This document shows positions 27,888 to 38,710 of a stretch of DNA of 64,000 bases, one piece after another. The DNA is from Bacillota bacterium (lineage in GTDB: Bacteria > Bacillota > Sulfobacillia > Fermentithermobacillales > Fermentithermobacillaceae). The translations under genes and the position numbers were made by a program. The DNA is taken from positions 12,252 through 76,251 of the forward strand of contig JAPXKJ010000002.1 in assembly GCA_033810155.1 (NCBI GenBank). The letters are read 5' to 3'. Position 1 is the stretch's first letter, and each line of letters starts with the position of its first letter. The notes under the pieces are model-generated. The model was not told the origin of the DNA and ran no database searches. It saw only the letters and a program-made list of their open reading frames with translations.

Positions 27888-28055
27888 AAAAGCGAAGGAT
27901 TTCGGCGAAACACTAGGGCCTAAGGGCACTATACGATAGAAGGAGCCTAAAGAAATTAATCTTCAGACTCCTTCTGCCTTAGATGAAATATCTTTGCATC
28001 AAAACTCTATATGCTTCAAGGTATGCTTCAAGATACGCTTCTTCCACAAAAAATG

Positions 28056-29834
28056 TTAGGTGCCTGACACCCCTACAAGAACCGATAGCCTCACGTTATA
28101 GATCGACACTTCGCCTAAAGATGGATCTAACCCACCGTAAAACTCACGCATAATCACCTTTATCCTGAGGTTTTGACTCTGGGATTCTATGATCATGTCT
28201 TGAGGGTTCAAGGTGACATAAGTACCGCTTTCGGATCCGCCTACGATTTCAAAAACGTGATCTTTCAAAGAGATACTCCACTCTTCATTACCTTTGAAAT
28301 ATACGGTAAGGACCTGCTTATCAATATCATATTCTATAGAAACATCACCTTGGGAAAGGCGGGACTTTGGTCCTTCGCTGTAAGCCAGACCTTCGAATTG
28401 AAACAAATAGTCGTAGCCTGCTATGCTTAGGCTCATATCTGTCTCCTCTGGTCCCGCTATATTGATTACATATGAACGGCCATAAGGATCGTATTCGAAT
28501 CCAAACAATTCTCTGAAGGCGTCAAGCGTAAAGTCGTCGGGAAGGAGTTTTACGTCTCTTAAGGTGTGATATCTTTCAAAGTAAAGTATGACAGCCGATA
28601 TTTCCTTCCTGTCTTCTTGCGAAACCTTATCTGAAGGGGTTAAAGCGCCTTCTTGAACCATGTCATACTTGGCGCATATCCCTTCTAGCCTCTTATTTTG
28701 GCTCCATTTGGACACTGAAAAAGCGCTCCAAGGGCCTACTGTAGAAAGGGCGATCAATACGGCTAAGGCGAAGATCAACATGGCATTTCTCTTTTTATGA
28801 GAAAAAGCGAGATAGAGCATGGAACCTAATAGCCACAGCCCTATTAACAAAACATAGTAGCGGCTTTCTGTGATGCCGTAGTATTCTACCCTAATCCCCA
28901 TAGAAACAAACATCATGCCCAAAAGGGGGATGATGACTACGGGAAAGTATTTGGAAAATATCTCAGCCCACCTGCTCTCGTGAGCGATAGGTTGGATGAA
29001 GAAAAAAACCCCTGTGCCTACTAAGGCGTACCAAATCACAAGGTTTGAAACCAGTCCTACAGGCCATTGCCAGGTGATAAGTATTTTGGCGAAGTAGACG
29101 AACAAAATGGCGGCGTACAAAAGAAGGAGCGGAGTGACTACATTTGTAATGAGGCTTTTTAAAACCTTTGGGTATGCTTCGTAAGATATATCTTCTCCCG
29201 GCTCTGGGATCCCTGCCATGAACAAAAAAGATCCTAAGATGCCAAATATGCCGACAAATAGTTTGAGGTAGAAATCGTAAAACACATTTAATGAAAAAAG
29301 AGACGACACTGTGAATACTGCAGCTGCTAACCCTAGGAACACCACTGCAGAAAAAATGGCGGCTATGACTAGTTGAAGAAATAGCCTCACTAAATACATT
29401 TCAAAACCTTTTTCTTTATTTAGATTTGGTATGACGAGAAAAAGGAGAAGCAACGAAGCGGTTATGCAAAGATGCCTCACTCCGGCTACAAATGTGAGTC
29501 CGTCTAGCATCACATAAAAAAGGGCGCCTAGGAGTATTGATACACCTAATGCGACAAGATTGCGTTTATGGGAAGAATAGTAGGTCTTTGACTCTTCGGA
29601 TCTGCTTTCTAAGTACAGTATGACGCACCAAGATATGATTATTTCGGCGAAGAGACAAAGGGATAGTTTGGTGAGGTTTTCTTCGATGAAACTTCCTTCT
29701 CTGCTTATATTTGCTATGGCAGTCCCAGTTAGAGCAATGCTCAACGCTACAGAAGACCAGAATCTTCTGAGAGTTGGGCCTATGGCAGAAGCGCTTCTTT
29801 TTGCCATAGCGCCTACGGTTTGACTGAATGTCAT
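28056..29834 (-). CDS. Hypothetical polytopic membrane protein with a C-terminal soluble domain of about 250 aa.
   Basis: 592 aa. The N-terminal two-thirds is hydrophobic. Confidence 0.4.
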   Translation of the reverse strand: MTFSQTVGAMAKRSASAIGPTLRRFWSSVALSIALTGTAIANISREGSFIEENLTKLSLCLFAEIIISWCVILYLESRSEESKTYYSSHKRNLVALGVSILLGALFYVMLDGLTFVAGVRHLCITASLLLLFLVIPNLNKEKGFEMYLVRLFLQLVIAAIFSAVVFLGLAAAVFTVSSLFSLNVFYDFYLKLFVGIFGILGSFLFMAGIPEPGEDISYEAYPKVLKSLITNVVTPLLLLYAAILFVYFAKILITWQWPVGLVSNLVIWYALVGTGVFFFIQPIAHESRWAEIFSKYFPVVIIPLLGMMFVSMGIRVEYYGITESRYYVLLIGLWLLGSMLYLAFSHKKRNAMLIFALAVLIALSTVGPWSAFSVSKWSQNKRLEGICAKYDMVQEGALTPSDKVSQEDRKEISAVILYFERYHTLRDVKLLPDDFTLDAFRELFGFEYDPYGRSYVINIAGPEETDMSLSIAGYDYLFQFEGLAYSEGPKSRLSQGDVSIEYDIDKQVLTVYFKGNEEWSISLKDHVFEIVGGSESGTYVTLNPQDMIIESQSQNLRIKVIMREFYGGLDPSLGEVSIYNVRLSVLVGVSGT

Positions 29835-29923
29835 GTTGAATCTCCTCTTTCATGATTTTGTGTGAAAGATCAGCCTTTTATGTCTATTACGCTATGACGA
29901 ACGTAAAAGTACACCGGTTGCAC

Positions 29924-30676
29924 CTAGGTTTCGGCTATGAAGAGTCCTGCTTTTCCAAGGGGCACTTCTTTTATTATATTCCCATCTTTTCCGACTACCA
30001 TGGCGCCTCCAAAGGAGTTTCCGTCGACTAAGTCTTCGTGAGAAAGGTAGTTTACCATTATAGATGTGGAGCCTGTCTTTAGAGCGCACCTTATGTACTC
30101 TTGTTTTTCTTCCGTATCCCAACGTTTTTGGTCGTATGAACCGTCATCGAAACAACGGGCAAAGGGGTAAAGCAACCAATCTACTTGGAGGTTCTTTACT
30201 TGTTGGGTTAAGTAGTCGTCGAATAGGTCTCCGCATATTAAAAAGGCAAAGGAACCTAGGGGCGTTTTGACTTTGGATATGGAGTTTCCGTGGCGGTAAA
30301 ATAAAGGGTTGGCGCCTCGCCCGTGCCAGTGTGGAGAGATTCTTCTGTATTTTAGAGTGATATGACCGCAAGGGTCTATTAAAACGGCAGAGTCGTAAAG
30401 GGAATTGCCGTCTTTTTCAAAGATGCCTGTGGCGATATATATGTTTCCTTCTACGGCCGCCTGAGAAAGTAAAGAAGTAGCAGGCCCGGGGATTGGTTCA
30501 CCGAGTTTTATGTCTTTCATTGGATCGTCTGAGTTTATAAGCCCTGTAGGGGCGGCTTCTGGAAAAAGGATAAGGTCGGCTCCAGATTTCGCCGCTTCTT
30601 CTGCCATATTCACCATTTCGTCTAGGTTCTTGGATTTATCGCAAGTTACTTCGAGTATTCCCAAACCTATTTTCAT
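29924..30676 (-). CDS. Carbon-nitrogen hydrolase (nitrilase superfamily), stand-alone.
   Basis: Glutamate motif LILFPE and cysteine motif FLICGDLF. 250 aa. Confidence 0.65.
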   Translation of the reverse strand: MKIGLGILEVTCDKSKNLDEMVNMAEEAAKSGADLILFPEAAPTGLINSDDPMKDIKLGEPIPGPATSLLSQAAVEGNIYIATGIFEKDGNSLYDSAVLIDPCGHITLKYRRISPHWHGRGANPLFYRHGNSISKVKTPLGSFAFLICGDLFDDYLTQQVKNLQVDWLLYPFARCFDDGSYDQKRWDTEEKQEYIRCALKTGSTSIMVNYLSHEDLVDGNSFGGAMVVGKDGNIIKEVPLGKAGLFIAET

Positions 30677-30837
30677 CGTAAAGACCTTCTTTCGGCTTAG
30701 AGGGAAAAACTCACTTGAAACGCTAGAGCTAACTACATGGAGTATATCATGGGAGAAGATGTAAGGGTTATATAGCCTAAAACGGGTTTCTTCTCTGAGT
30801 TGGATAGTTATATAATGCAGACAGGCTTGTCATATCA

Positions 30838-30867
30838 GCGGTCAGAGACAGGCGACCGCTCTTTTTG
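30838..30867 (+). terminator. Orphan terminator-like hairpin on the plus strand with no annotated plus-strand gene upstream.
   Basis: GCGGTC agagacaggc GACCGC followed by TCTTTTTG. A TATAAT box lies at 30811-30816. Confidence 0.3.
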
Positions 30868-30988
30868 AATATGGAAGTCCTATGGACATCAAGTAGCGTT
30901 TGTGTCGCAGCCTGCCAACAGGCAGAAGTTGCACGCCACACAAACGCCGCATATGGTCCTATTGATGAATCTGCTAGCTGTCTTCGAT

Positions 30989-32038
30989 CTATGGCTTGTC
31001 AAAAAGATGACACGCCACGGAATGGTTTCGCCCTAGGTCTTTCATGCCTGGCTCCTCGACCCTGCAAAGGCTCGAACACATTGGGCAACGTGTGTGAAAT
31101 CGACATCCTGAAGGAGGGTCTATCGGCGATGGTACGTCGCCTTCTAGCAATAACCGTTGTTTTTTCTTTTTTGGATCGGGAACGGGAATCGCTGAGATCA
31201 AAGCTTGTGTATACGGGTGTAGCGGGTTCTTGTAGAGGTCCTTGCTGTCTGCGATCTCTACTATTTTGCCCAGGTACATTACGGCAACCGTGTCGGAAAG
31301 ATGTTTAACTGCAGCCAATCCGTGGGCAATAAAGATATAAGTCAGGCGAAACTCTTCCTGCAAATCGCTCAGCAGGTTAAGTATCTGGGACTGTATGGAA
31401 ACATCCAACGCAGAAACTGGCTCGTCGCATACGATAAGTTTGGGGTTCAAAGCAAGAGCCCTGGCAACACCTATGCGCTGTCTTTGCCCTCCTGAAAACT
31501 CGTGAGGATACCTGTGCGCATACCCGGGAGCCAACCCGACAATGGTGAGAAGTTCTCTTACTTTTTCCACCCGTTCGTGCTTACTTAGCACCTTATGTAC
31601 CAAGAGAGGTTCGGCTATGATTTCCCCTACCGTTAGTCTCGGATTCAACGAGGAATACGGGTCTTGATAGATCATCTGCATTTCCTTGCGTTTTCTGCGC
31701 ATTTCCGCCTTATCCAAGGGTAATAAGTTCTGACCGTCAAAAAACACGGTCCCCTCGGTGGGTTCTACAAGCCTAAGGATGCTCTTCCCTGTTGTCGTCT
31801 TCCCACAGCCCGATTCTCCTACTAATCCGAAAGTCTCTCCTCTATTGACAGTAAATGATATGTCATCTACCGCCTTGACAAACCCCTGCGACTTCCCGAA
31901 AAAACCGCGCTTCAAGGGCAGGTAGGTCTTTAGATTGTGGACATCAAGCAGAATATCGGCATCAATTCCACTAGAGATGCCCTCATGCCGGTCATCGTAA
32001 TTGGTAGAACATGACAGAGGTTGAGGCGACTGGCTCAT
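30989..32038 (-). CDS. Oligopeptide/dipeptide ABC transporter ATP-binding protein (OppF/DppF-like).
   Basis: Walker A motif [12 protein letters not shown] signature LSGGQRQR, and a C-terminal Opp-type extension. Confidence 0.75.
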   Translation of the reverse strand: MSQSPQPLSCSTNYDDRHEGISSGIDADILLDVHNLKTYLPLKRGFFGKSQGFVKAVDDISFTVNRGETFGLVGESGCGKTTTGKSILRLVEPTEGTVFFDGQNLLPLDKAEMRRKRKEMQMIYQDPYSSLNPRLTVGEIIAEPLLVHKVLSKHERVEKVRELLTIVGLAPGYAHRYPHEFSGGQRQRIGVARALALNPKLIVCDEPVSALDVSIQSQILNLLSDLQEEFRLTYIFIAHGLAAVKHLSDTVAVMYLGKIVEIADSKDLYKNPLHPYTQALISAIPVPDPKKKKQRLLLEGDVPSPIDPPSGCRFHTRCPMCSSLCRVEEPGMKDLGRNHSVACHLFDKP

Positions 32039-33087
32039 AGCGTCCCCTCCTTTTCATACAACCAGCATCTGACTTTCCGTCCTGGCCCCATTTCAAATAG
32101 CGGAGGATTCTCCATCTGGCAACGTTCCATCCTGCGATCACATCGCGGATGGAACCTGCAACCTGACGGCCATTCTGAGAGACTTGGGACGGTGCCCGGT
32201 ATGACATGAAGCCTCTCGGTTTCTACGTCTATCCGAGGTATAGAAGTCAAGAGCCCCACTGTGTAGGGATGTAAGGGTTGTTCAAATATGGAATGAACGT
32301 CCCCTTCCTCCACAAAGTATCCTGTATACATAACACTTACTCTATCAGCCATCTCCGCAACAACTCCCATATCGTGTGTAATCAATAAGATTGCAGTTCC
32401 CCTGTCATTCTGCAAACGGCCCATTAGCTCCAATATCTGAGCTTGAATAGTAACATCCAACGCAGTTGTAGGTTCGTCTGCTATTAGGAGTCTAGGATTA
32501 CACGCCAAAGCCATGGCGATCATCACGCGTTGCCTCATGCCACCGGACATCTGGTGAGGATATTCGTCTATGCGCCGCTCTGGTTCTGGTATACCCACCA
32601 ATCTTAGCATTTCGATGGCTTTTTCCCGAGAGTCTTTCGATGCCAAACCCTGATGTAGCTCCAAAACCTCCATAATCTGAAATCCAACGCTGAAAACAGG
32701 GTTCAGCGACGTCATTGGTTCTTGGAATATCATAGAGACCTTATTGCCGCGTACCTGCTGCATCTCATTCTCTGTCTTCAGCAACAAATCTTGTCCATCG
32801 AGAAGAATCTCACCGCTCAGTATCTTGCCAGGAGGCCATGAGATCAACCTCATTATGGAAAGACATGTTACTGACTTGCCGCATCCACTTTCCCCTACTA
32901 TTGCGAGGATTTCCTTCTCACCTATTGAAAAGCTGACATCGTCTACAGCCCTGATTTCACCTTCAGTGGTAAAAAACGATGTTGTGAGATTATTCACTCT
33001 TAGAACTTCTCTAACCATCTCTACACCGCTTTCTTCATAAAATCTACTCTTTGAGCCGTGGATCCAACGCATCACGCAAACCGTCAC
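32035..33087 (-). CDS. Oligopeptide/dipeptide ABC transporter ATP-binding protein (OppD/DppD-like).
   Basis: Walker A motif GESGCGKS, signature SGGMRQR. Overlaps the next gene by 4 nt. Confidence 0.75.
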   Translation of the reverse strand: MTVCVMRWIHGSKSRFYEESGVEMVREVLRVNNLTTSFFTTEGEIRAVDDVSFSIGEKEILAIVGESGCGKSVTCLSIMRLISWPPGKILSGEILLDGQDLLLKTENEMQQVRGNKVSMIFQEPMTSLNPVFSVGFQIMEVLELHQGLASKDSREKAIEMLRLVGIPEPERRIDEYPHQMSGGMRQRVMIAMALACNPRLLIADEPTTALDVTIQAQILELMGRLQNDRGTAILLITHDMGVVAEMADRVSVMYTGYFVEEGDVHSIFEQPLHPYTVGLLTSIPRIDVETERLHVIPGTVPSLSEWPSGCRFHPRCDRRMERCQMENPPLFEMGPGRKVRCWLYEKEGTL

Positions 33088-33940
33088 CTACAAAGTTGAA
33101 TGCAAGCACGGTTACCATAATGGCTAGGCCCGGATAGGTCGCCAGATGAGGAGAGCTTCTAAGGTAGTCCTTTCCTGCGTTTAACATGGCTCCCCATTCG
33201 GCAGTTGGAGGTTGAGCTCCAAGCCCCAGAAAACTCAGCCCAGAAGCTGAGAGAATTGCACCTGCAATGCCCAGCGACATCTGAACTATAACCGGTCCCA
33301 AGGCGTTCGGCAGAAGATGGACAAACATTATACGTAGATCGCCTGCACCGGCTCCCCTTGCAGCCTCCACAAATTCGGTTTGCTTCAAGGACAAAAACTG
33401 GCCTCGCACCATACGTGCATATCCAACCCAACTCACAACAGCGAGAGCCAGCATTGCGTTGTACAAGCTAGGCCCCAAAATGGCAACTATGGTGATAGCA
33501 AGGATAAAAAAGGGAAAAGCATAAAGGAAATCAACGACCCGCATTATCAGGGAATCTATCCACCCACCATAGTAACCAGCAATTGCGCCCAGAGTAATGC
33601 CAACGACACTTGACATCCCAACGACCACAAGTCCGACAGTAAGCGAAACTCGCGCACCATATATCAACCTGCTTAGGACGTCCCTTCCAAATTCGTCTGT
33701 GCCAAGGATATGCCCAGGCGAACCCGGCGGAGCGTAAATATTGTCTAGATTCATTTTGTCATACGGATAGGGCGCCAGAATCGGAGCAAATATGGCTACT
33801 GTGTAAAGAAATATGATGACGCAAAGGCCCACCATTGCTAATTTGTTCCGCTTGAACCGCGCCCACACATCTCCCCATAAAGAACGTCTCTGCTCTGCCA
33901 GATCATCTTCCACGTTTGATAGACCTCCTTTTGCAGTCAC
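33044..33940 (-). CDS. ABC transporter permease (OppC/DppC-like).
   Basis: 298-aa polytopic protein with a BPD-transporter EAA-like loop. Confidence 0.65.
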   Translation of the reverse strand: MTAKGGLSNVEDDLAEQRRSLWGDVWARFKRNKLAMVGLCVIIFLYTVAIFAPILAPYPYDKMNLDNIYAPPGSPGHILGTDEFGRDVLSRLIYGARVSLTVGLVVVGMSSVVGITLGAIAGYYGGWIDSLIMRVVDFLYAFPFFILAITIVAILGPSLYNAMLALAVVSWVGYARMVRGQFLSLKQTEFVEAARGAGAGDLRIMFVHLLPNALGPVIVQMSLGIAGAILSASGLSFLGLGAQPPTAEWGAMLNAGKDYLRSSPHLATYPGLAIMVTVLAFNFVGDGLRDALDPRLKE

Positions 33941-33966
33941 TAAAAGATCGCAGGGAAAAGTAACGC

Positions 33967-34920
33967 CTAATCATAGCGGATCCTTGGATCTATCAAAGAG
34001 TAACTAATGTCAACAATAAGGTTCACAATTACGAATATGAAACACATAAAGAGTACATTCCCTTGAATCATTGGCAAATCTCTGCGCGTAATCGAATCTA
34101 CGGCTTGCCTGCCAATGCCGGGCCAAGCAAAAATCGTCTCGACAACAACGGCTCCGCCCAACAGCGAGCCAAACTGAGTACCTATATGAGTAACTATAGG
34201 TATTAACGCGTTTCTAAAGGCGTGCCTGTAGACTACGACTCTTTCGGGAAGGCCTTTGGCTTTGGCAGTCCTCACATAGTCTTGGCGTATAACATCAAGC
34301 ATGCTCGAACGTGTAAGGCGAGTCGTCATGGCTGCCATGCCGAAACCAAGAGTCAATGATGGAAGTATGAGGTGCTTTAGCACGTCCACAACCCCAACGG
34401 AGAGATGACCTATGCCTGTAGCCGGCAACCAACGCAACTTGATTGAGAAGAAATACATAACCAAAAGTCCAAACCAGAAACTAGGCATAGACACCCCTAA
34501 CAAAGCTCCAACCATCCCAATATGATCCCATGCCGAATACTGCTTGGTTGCAGAGATGATCCCAATAGGAATGGAAACTACCACAGCGATTATCAATGAG
34601 GATATCGTCAGCAACAAGGTAGCCGGGATGCGTTGAAGGATGCTAGAAAAAACATCTTGACCCGTGTAAATTGAACGTCCGAGATCCCCGCGAATAGCAT
34701 TCTTGAGAAACCTCCAATACTGAACGTACAAAGGATCATTGAAGCCCCAGGCTTCTCTAAGTTGTTCAATCCTCTCAGGAGTGATTACTTGTTCCTGTGA
34801 CCCCAGCATGATCAGGACCGGATCTCCGGGCGCCAGGTGAACCATCAAGAATACTACTATCGAGATACCCAGCAGGACAGGAATCGCTTGCAGCAGGCGG
34901 CGCAGAATGAATCGAAACAC
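33967..34920 (-). CDS. ABC transporter permease (OppB/DppB-like).
   Basis: 317 aa. N-terminus MFRFILRRLLQAIPVLLGISIVVF is typical of OppB. Confidence 0.65.
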   Translation of the reverse strand: MFRFILRRLLQAIPVLLGISIVVFLMVHLAPGDPVLIMLGSQEQVITPERIEQLREAWGFNDPLYVQYWRFLKNAIRGDLGRSIYTGQDVFSSILQRIPATLLLTISSLIIAVVVSIPIGIISATKQYSAWDHIGMVGALLGVSMPSFWFGLLVMYFFSIKLRWLPATGIGHLSVGVVDVLKHLILPSLTLGFGMAAMTTRLTRSSMLDVIRQDYVRTAKAKGLPERVVVYRHAFRNALIPIVTHIGTQFGSLLGGAVVVETIFAWPGIGRQAVDSITRRDLPMIQGNVLFMCFIFVIVNLIVDISYSLIDPRIRYD

Positions 34921-35004
34921 CTATCTATCACCTCCGTGTCAGTAGGGGCGTCGGAAGCCGACGCCCGCACCCCCCCAAATCCAATAGATCAAGTTACCAT
35001 CCGC

Positions 35005-36630
35005 CTAACGCTCCAGCCATACGTTATTAATCCTGCTTACAAACTGGAAGTTCCCCGCATAGTCTTTAACTATGTCGTTGTATGCAAAGAAGAAGTACTC
35101 ATGATAAGCAGGCATGTGTGCCCTATCCTTGACCACGAGTTCTTGTGCTTCTTTCCATACAGGCTCCCGTTCCTTAGGATCTAATAACGTAATACCAAGT
35201 TCGAGAAGCTCGTCAACCTTAGGATTCTCATACCGCGCGCTGTTTCCGTTGGGGCCTTTGTTACGACTATGGAACATAAAGAGCATTCCGTTGGGTCCGC
35301 TATACCCGCCAAGTATCAGCATGTCAAAGTTGCCCTTGTCGCTTTCACTTAGAAGTGTTCCCCACTCAAGGTTCTGCACTTCGGCTTTTATCCCCAGCTC
35401 GTTTAGACTAGTAGCCACAATAACAGACAGTTTCGAACGATTTGTATCTTGCGGAGCAATGATCCTTAATTTCAAAGGCTGACCATCTTTATCCAAAACA
35501 CCGTCTGCATTTGTGTCCTTCCAACCCAACTCTCCGAGTATCTCCAGCGCCTTCTCCGGATTATATTCCCAGTATTTACTCAGCGACGGATCATAGCCAA
35601 GATTCGGTGGCGGAACTGGTCCGACCGCCCTCTCAGCCATTCCTGGCGGAAAAATCGCCTTAACCGCCCCGTCCATATCTATTGCTGCACATATGGCATC
35701 TCGAAACTTCAGATTGCTTGTTGGGTCTTTTTCGCAGTTGAAAGCAATGAATCGATATGCAGCCGTCCCTTGTTTCATAACAACTAGTCCCGGGGTGTCC
35801 TCGATTCTTTCAACGTCCTTCTGCGGAATCTGCGCTACAAGATCAACGTCACCGGCCTCCAGAGCCATTAGCAGAGCATTGGGATCCGGTATCGGTTTGA
35901 GGATTATCTTGTCTAGGTTCGGCTTAAGCCAGTGCTCATCATTGCGAACCAAAGATACGTAATCGTCAGGTTTGATTTCTTCCAACTTGAAAGGACCGCT
36001 CCCAATCGGAGTACGAGAGAACTTCTCGGGTCCAAGAGTCTCCACTATTTGCTTATTCACAATATACACAGACGCAAGATTATCGAGAAGAAACGCATCA
36101 GGTCGCTTGGTGGTGATCTTTACTTTGTACTTATCTAGGGCTTCGACCTTGTCAATCGATTCGACGAGATTGTAGCGACTTGACTTCGTTTCGGAATCAA
36201 GAATTCGCTCTATGGAGTATTTGACATCCTCAGCTGTAACTTCGGGCCCCTCTCCTTTCGCATAGACTTCATTATCGTCGTGCCATCTGGCACCCTCCTG
36301 CAGCGTGAAAACCCACGTCAGGTTATCGGGGTTTTCCCAAGATGTTGCCAATCGCGGAATGATTTTGCGTTCAGGGTCCTGATCAACAAGCGCATCGAAA
36401 ACCAAGTTAATCACATGCCACGAGCCCTCGTCATTGTAAAGCGCCGGATCAAGGTTCACAACACTCCATGAGTCACCGACAACAAGGGTACCGCCCACTT
36501 TTGGTTCAGAACCGTTCTCTTCGACATTGGGTTCGACACTAGGCTTACAACCAGATACTATGAAAGAACACATCACAACCAAAACTAGCACAAAACACAT
36601 TCTCTTCTTCAAATGGCATGCTCCTCCCAA
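35005..36630 (-). CDS. Family-5 extracellular solute-binding lipoprotein (OppA/DppA-like).
   Basis: 541 aa. Signal peptide plus lipobox (IVSGC). First gene of the five-gene operon. Confidence 0.65.
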   Translation of the reverse strand: MGGACHLKKRMCFVLVLVVMCSFIVSGCKPSVEPNVEENGSEPKVGGTLVVGDSWSVVNLDPALYNDEGSWHVINLVFDALVDQDPERKIIPRLATSWENPDNLTWVFTLQEGARWHDDNEVYAKGEGPEVTAEDVKYSIERILDSETKSSRYNLVESIDKVEALDKYKVKITTKRPDAFLLDNLASVYIVNKQIVETLGPEKFSRTPIGSGPFKLEEIKPDDYVSLVRNDEHWLKPNLDKIILKPIPDPNALLMALEAGDVDLVAQIPQKDVERIEDTPGLVVMKQGTAAYRFIAFNCEKDPTSNLKFRDAICAAIDMDGAVKAIFPPGMAERAVGPVPPPNLGYDPSLSKYWEYNPEKALEILGELGWKDTNADGVLDKDGQPLKLRIIAPQDTNRSKLSVIVATSLNELGIKAEVQNLEWGTLLSESDKGNFDMLILGGYSGPNGMLFMFHSRNKGPNGNSARYENPKVDELLELGITLLDPKEREPVWKEAQELVVKDRAHMPAYHEYFFFAYNDIVKDYAGNFQFVSRINNVWLER

Positions 36631-36778
36631 ATAAGTAGTGCGTTAGGCCTACAGTGTTATGAAAAAAGAGTAGAGATCTATAAAGACCGTTCACCTCCAA
36701 CCTGCCCCGTGACTTCCTACTAGTTGCAATGATGTAGACTCCAAAAAGACAGAGCTGACAAGAGCAATCTAATTGTGC

Positions 36779-37534
36779 CTAGGATTTAGGGACAACCTTT
36801 ACGCCCAACATAATCGACAAACACCGCACTTTCCAAACTCCCCGAAATTCTCGGAAATCGCCTTTACGCCCAACATAATCGACAAACACCCTTCCCCATC
36901 TGAGGATATGTTCTTCTGTAAGGGCCCTTGCTTTCTCACCATCGCCCTCACAGATAGCCTCATAGATCCGCCGATGCTCCAAGTAAGGTACTGGTTTCCT
37001 CATGCTCGAAGTCTGAATGTATGACCTCATGTCCCAAGTTATTGACTGCAACGACCTTGCCATAGCCACGAGAACCGGTGATTTTGTTGACGCAACAATC
37101 ACTCCGTCAAACTCCATCAGCAGTTCGGTTATCCGATCCGTGTCTTCTGCACCGGCAGCAACCTCCAACTCGCAAAGCAATCTTGCCAGTTCGGAAATCT
37201 CGGATTGTGATATTCTTTCAGCAGACAACTCGGCAGCTAATCCTTCAAGGCCTGCTCGAATACGCCATATGTCCCAGATCTCATTCCGCCCAAAGCCTAC
37301 AACAACTACACCGCGATTTGGGCTATACTCAAGAAGCCCTTCTGACACAAGCAACCGAAATGCTTCTCGTACGGGTATTTTGCTGACTCCTGCTTCATTC
37401 GCTACTTCTTCTTCGGTCAACCGCTGTCCTGGTTCATAAACGCCAAGCACGATTGATCGCCTCAAAGCCCGATAGACTCTCTCGAACAGCGATACTCGAG
37501 ATTCTCGTCTGATCTCGCCAAGGGGACTATCCAC
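36779..37534 (-). CDS. GntR-family transcriptional regulator (FadR/FCD subfamily).
   Basis: N-terminal winged helix-turn-helix (LTEEEVANEAGVSKIPVREAFRLLVSEGLL) and C-terminal helical FCD-like domain. Confidence 0.7.
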   Translation of the reverse strand: MDSPLGEIRRESRVSLFERVYRALRRSIVLGVYEPGQRLTEEEVANEAGVSKIPVREAFRLLVSEGLLEYSPNRGVVVVGFGRNEIWDIWRIRAGLEGLAAELSAERISQSEISELARLLCELEVAAGAEDTDRITELLMEFDGVIVASTKSPVLVAMARSLQSITWDMRSYIQTSSMRKPVPYLEHRRIYEAICEGDGEKARALTEEHILRWGRVFVDYVGRKGDFREFRGVWKVRCLSIMLGVKVVPKS

Positions 37535-37554
37535 TTATTTCCACCCCGCATCTT

Positions 37555-37586
37555 TAGCATATTGGTATATTGTATATAATATGCTA
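37555..37586. promoter_or_regulatory. 32-bp imperfect palindrome (TAGCATATT-N14-AATATGCTA) in the GntR gene promoter region. Candidate autoregulatory operator.
   Basis: 9-bp perfect arms. The centre carries a GTATA...TATA(A)T box. It lies 21 bp upstream of the GntR start codon. Confidence 0.35.
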
Positions 37587-37997
37587 TCCTATTCGAGCTC
37601 AATGGCTGATATCCTTCTTTGCAGTACCGCAAACTCGCTGATTTGCAGGATCATTTCTCAATGATACTTGCTTGCCGGGCTAACTTAGCAGCTAATCAGA
37701 CATAACGGTAACCGGGTTCGGATGGCACATTCAGAGCGCACTTTTTCACGGTGAAGCATTTGTTACAGGCTTGTGTGTCCAATTGCTGTCGTCGAAATAT
37801 GAAGACAGAACTATGGCAGACGTTATACATTGCGGCACTCGGAATGGCGCTTCACCAACCTGCACATGAGTCCCCAACACAGCAGAACAAGTTTGAACAT
37901 GAAATGACGTCCTTCTGGAAATGCGTATGCAGCGTTTGCTCAGGTAGTAGTATAATGCAGATAATGCCTTCAGCACGTCACCCGAAAGGAGAAACTC

Positions 37998-38486
37998 ATG
38001 CAAGGATTAGTTGAAACGATTTTGGAAACGTTGCCGGCTGAGGCAGCTATAATGATAGTGGCTGCTTTGCCTGTGATAGAGGTAAGGGGGGCTATTCCTT
38101 TGGCTGTAACTTTGGGGCTTCCTCCTCTTTACAGCACTTTTCTTTCGTTTGTGGGAAGTATGATCCCTTTTCCTTTTGTGTTTTTCTTCGTTAGGCCTAT
38201 TTTTAGGTACCTTCGTAGCAAGGAAGCAGTGAAGCATCTAGTGGATTCTTTCATTGAAAGGACTATGAGGAATAACAGGGATAAGGTGGAGAAGTATGGT
38301 GCTTTAGGATTGTTGCTGCTGGTTGCTATCCCTCTTCCTGGTACAGGTGTGTGGACAGGTAGTATAGTGGCAGCGCTTATGGATATGAGGTTCAAACTTG
38401 CTTGTCCTGCTATATTCATAGGGAACGTTATAGCAGCGATTATAGTTATGGTGGTTAGTTATGGGGTGGCGGGGGTGGTGGGGTAG
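37998..38486 (+). CDS. Putative small multidrug export protein (COG2426 / Sm_multidrug_ex family).
   Basis: 162 aa with four hydrophobic helices. Confidence 0.45.
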   Translation: MQGLVETILETLPAEAAIMIVAALPVIEVRGAIPLAVTLGLPPLYSTFLSFVGSMIPFPFVFFFVRPIFRYLRSKEAVKHLVDSFIERTMRNNRDKVEKYGALGLLLLVAIPLPGTGVWTGSIVAALMDMRFKLACPAIFIGNVIAAIIVMVVSYGVAGVVG

Positions 38487-38660
38487 AAGGAAGCAACTTT
38501 GCGAGGCTTCCGAACTTTTCGGTTTTTCGACATCGAATCATCAGCATTATCCGACGTACCAACACTCCTCGTAAACTCGCGCAGCTACCGACCTCATTTG
38601 ATGATCACAAACTTGTCTTCTCAGATCACAACTGGCATTGAGGTTTAATCTAGTCATAGC

Positions 38661-38689
38661 GAAGCAAAAACCCCCGTCCCTTATGCTTC
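38661..38689. repeat. Variant copy of the GAAGCA hairpin motif (GAAGCAAAAACCCCCGTCCCTTATGCTTC) between convergent genes.
   Basis: The stem GAAGCA/TGCTTC and the CCGTCCC core are conserved. Confidence 0.55.
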
Positions 38690-38710
38690 ACGCTGCTTGA
38701 TTGGTTGGCT

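Noticed and set aside
37680-37730. GGTTCGGATGG resembling a tRNA T-loop in the GntR / small-exporter intergenic region
   Set aside because: There is no complementary acceptor stem or D-arm nearby. It is not a tRNA.
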